64,000 bases of DNA from Octopus vulgaris (Eukaryota). A program made the position numbers and the translations under genes. Where the stretch lies: assembly GCA_951406725.2 (NCBI GenBank), contig OX597820.1:31310001-31374000 (forward strand), written 5' to 3'. Shown here piece by piece: positions 61,345 through 64,000 of this stretch (its first letter is position 1; the number at the start of each line of letters is the position of its first letter). Below the pieces are notes generated by a model. That model was given only the letters and a program-made list of their open reading frames with translations. It did not search any database and had not been told where the DNA came from.

Positions 61345-63860
61345 ATACATCTTTCTCTTATTATCCCTCAATCTCTCTCATTCTCTCTTGTTCTCACTCA
61401 TGCTCTCTCTTGCTCTCCCTCAGTCTTTCTCTTACTCTTTCTTGCTCATCCTCAACCTTCCTCTCTCTCTTTTACTCTCCCTCTCTCTTGCTCTCCCTCA
61501 ATCTTTCTCTTTCTTACTCTCCCTTGCTCTCCCTCAATCTTTCTCTTTCTTACTCTCCCTTGCTCTCCCTATCTCTCTCTCACTCCCTCTCCCTTATTCC
61601 CCTTCTCGTTCTTCATATCTTTGTTTCTTTCTCCCAATGTTTCCATTTCTTTCTCATTCTCTCTCTCTCTCTCGGATTTCTATTCCTATCCCTCTCTTGT
61701 TCTTGCTATCTCTCTCCCTCTCTATTTTGCTCTTTCTATTTGTGTTTCTTCTCTTTCTCTTTTGGTTTTCCATTCCAATCTTCCCATTGCTACCTCTCCA
61801 TCTCTCCCCTATTTCTGGTACTTTCTCTATCTCTCTCCTCCCTTTCTTTCTAAATCTTTCTATTCTTCTCTCTCTCTCTCTCGCTCAGTTTTCTCTTTAT
61901 CTCTCTCCATTCACACTCTCAACTTCTTTCTCTCACTTTCTTTTTCTCCTTCCACTTTTCCTTCCTTGCTCTCTCTAGTTTCATTCTTACCTCTCTCTCT
62001 CTTTCTCTTCCACCACACTTTTCTATCTTTATCTCACCATTCCAATCTTCCTTGTTCTCTCTTTTTTGATCTTCTTGTCTCATTTGTCTGTCTCTCATCT
62101 CACTAACTTTCTCTCTCTCTCTCTCTCCGGCTTTCTGCCTTACTCTTCTACTTTCATTCTGTCTTCTTTTTCTCGCTACATTTCTCTGTCTTTCTCCATT
62201 TCTCTGTATCTCTCTGACTATAATCTCTCTCCCTTGTTCTTCCCATTTCTTTCAATTTTTCTCTTTATCTGACTTTGGCTCACTTTCTCGTTCTCTCTCT
62301 CCCTCCCTAAGTCTTTCTATGTCTCCTAAATTGCCCACTTATCTTTCTATCACTAGGTTTTACTATATTTCTGACTTTTTCTCTCTTCACATATGTGTGA
62401 GCATATATATATATTCGTCTGTCGTTGTGTTCCGAGTTCAAATTCCGCCGAGGTCGACTTTGCCTTTCATCTTTCGGGGTCGATAAATTAAGGACCAGTT
62501 ACGCACAGGGGTCGATGTAATCGACTTAATCCCTTTGTCTGTCCTTGTTTGTCCCCTCTGTGTTTAGCCCCTTGTGGGTAGTAAAGAAATATATATATAT
62601 ATATATATATGTCTTTTCCATCTTCTTTTCATTGTCTTTCTTCATTTCTACTTTTTATCTCATTCACTATCTATTTATTCCTCTACCTTTCACTTTTTGT
62701 CTACTTTCCCTCCATATTATTCCTCCTTCTCGCCCTCTCTCTCTTACTATTCTATCTTGCCCCTCCTCCCTCCCTCTTATTCTTTCTATATCTCTCACTT
62801 TTGCATTCACACACACACACACACTCTCTCTCTCTCTCTCTCTATTGATCTATCTAATCTGTTCAGTTTCCCTTTTTTCTCTTCCTCCTTTTCTGTATTT
62901 TTTGGCTTACCCTACTCATTTTCTACCCTTTCTTTCTTTTTACTTTTGTTCATTTAGGTTAAGTGACGCCAGAGAATCCAAAAACCCTGTCTTCAGCGAC
63001 GTATGAAACACAGCCAAAATCACTTGTAACCCTGATACAAGCAGAGCTGTGTTGGCTCCTACATGCACAACCTCAGCAGACAGATTAATATTGGGCCCCT
63101 AGTCCTATGGGACCACAGACAACTAACCTGTGTGCCCATACCTTAGACCAGCATTGGAAGAAAAATTTTTAAATCAGGAATTTAGGAATAGGGATTTAGT
63201 TGACGAAAATCCACCCAAGCGCTTAACTTAGTACTTTATTTTACTAATCACCCACACTGGTACTTTATTTCACAGAATAATAAATACACATCCACTTTTA
63301 GTTGTACTTCACTCTTTCACACAGTATTCCTGTTTGCTGTCTCTCTTCTACACTTTTATATTCTCTTTCTCCCCCCCCCCCTTGAAATATTTCATTTTCC
63401 CCTCTTTCTCTTTTTTCTTTTTCTGTCCCGCTCTTCAGTCTCACTTGGCACTTTCTATCTTTCTCCTCTTATCTTTTTCTTACTCTCTCTCTCTCTCTCT
63501 CTCTCAGTAATTCTCTCTTTCTATTCATCTTTATCTCTCTTAATATTTTTAATTTTCTCACACACTCTCTCCCTCTTTCTCAGTTTCTCTACATATCTAT
63601 CTAGCTATCTACCTACCTACCTACTTCCCTTCCTCTTTCTTGCCCTTCCTTTCCAAATTTTTTGTGCTTTTAACCCTATTATCTTTCTTTCTTTTTTTTC
63701 ACTCTGTCCTGCTCTCCCTTCCTCTCTTTCTTACTATCTTACCCTCTCACCCATTGTCTTCTTTCTCTCACAGCCTTTTACTTTCTGCCTGTTTCACAGT
63801 TTAGACTCTCACTCTGTCCCTCCTCATCAAGTTTCTTCTCCACAAACCCGTTCATTGATA
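61345..63860 (+). repeat. ~2.5-kb polypyrimidine (CT-rich) field with ~35-bp tandem units at 61405-61570
   Basis: Directly visible; unit cttgctctccctcaatctttctctttcttactctcc. Interrupted by a SINE B and a unique block at ~62950-63320. Confidence 0.9.
62414..62592 (+). mobile_element. SINE family B, 5'-truncated, CpG-intact, between (TA)n runs
   Basis: gagttcaaattccgccgaggtcgactttgcctttcatc...gtagtaaagaaata. Confidence 0.9.
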
Positions 63861-64000
63861 TTCACACACTTATCTAATTGAGCATGCGCACACAAACACA
63901 CACACACAGTACATTCACAACTACTAAACATATGAAAACAATTGTGTAAATTAAACAATACAACTTAACAGTTAGATGTATATACATATGGAGAGAAAAA

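Noticed and set aside
61285-63006. 273-aa, 214-aa and other L/S/F/P-rich ORFs
   Set aside because: Polypyrimidine tracts cannot encode stop codons, and all three frames are open.

Overview
This is AT-rich, repeat-dense animal DNA. The SINE families and microsatellite load look like Octopus or another coleoid cephalopod (recognised from memory, not database-verified). No convincing complete protein-coding gene is present: the long ORFs in the supplied track are translations of (TA)n/(CA)n/(CT)n tracts or SINEs. The window holds dozens of tRNA-derived SINE copies (three head/core families, some in head-to-tail trains), RTE-LINE 3' fragments, hAT (Buster/Charlie-type) and piggyBac-type MITEs with TSDs, two unclassified long-TIR elements, several foldback hairpins and a decayed hAT transposase. 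Two weak minus-strand candidate exons (61120-61192 and 30258-30406) suggest that most of the window may be intronic. The standout structure is at 54.6-59.4 kb: two nested, near-perfect inverted repeats (about 224 bp and 532 bp arms). Each arm carries a type I hammerhead ribozyme, giving four ribozymes of two designs, all pointing outward from the centre, and every outer end abuts (TA)n. This is best read as nested, non-autonomous, microsatellite-targeting Penelope-like elements. An older decayed version of the same back-to-back hammerhead layout may lie near 38.9-39.6 kb.
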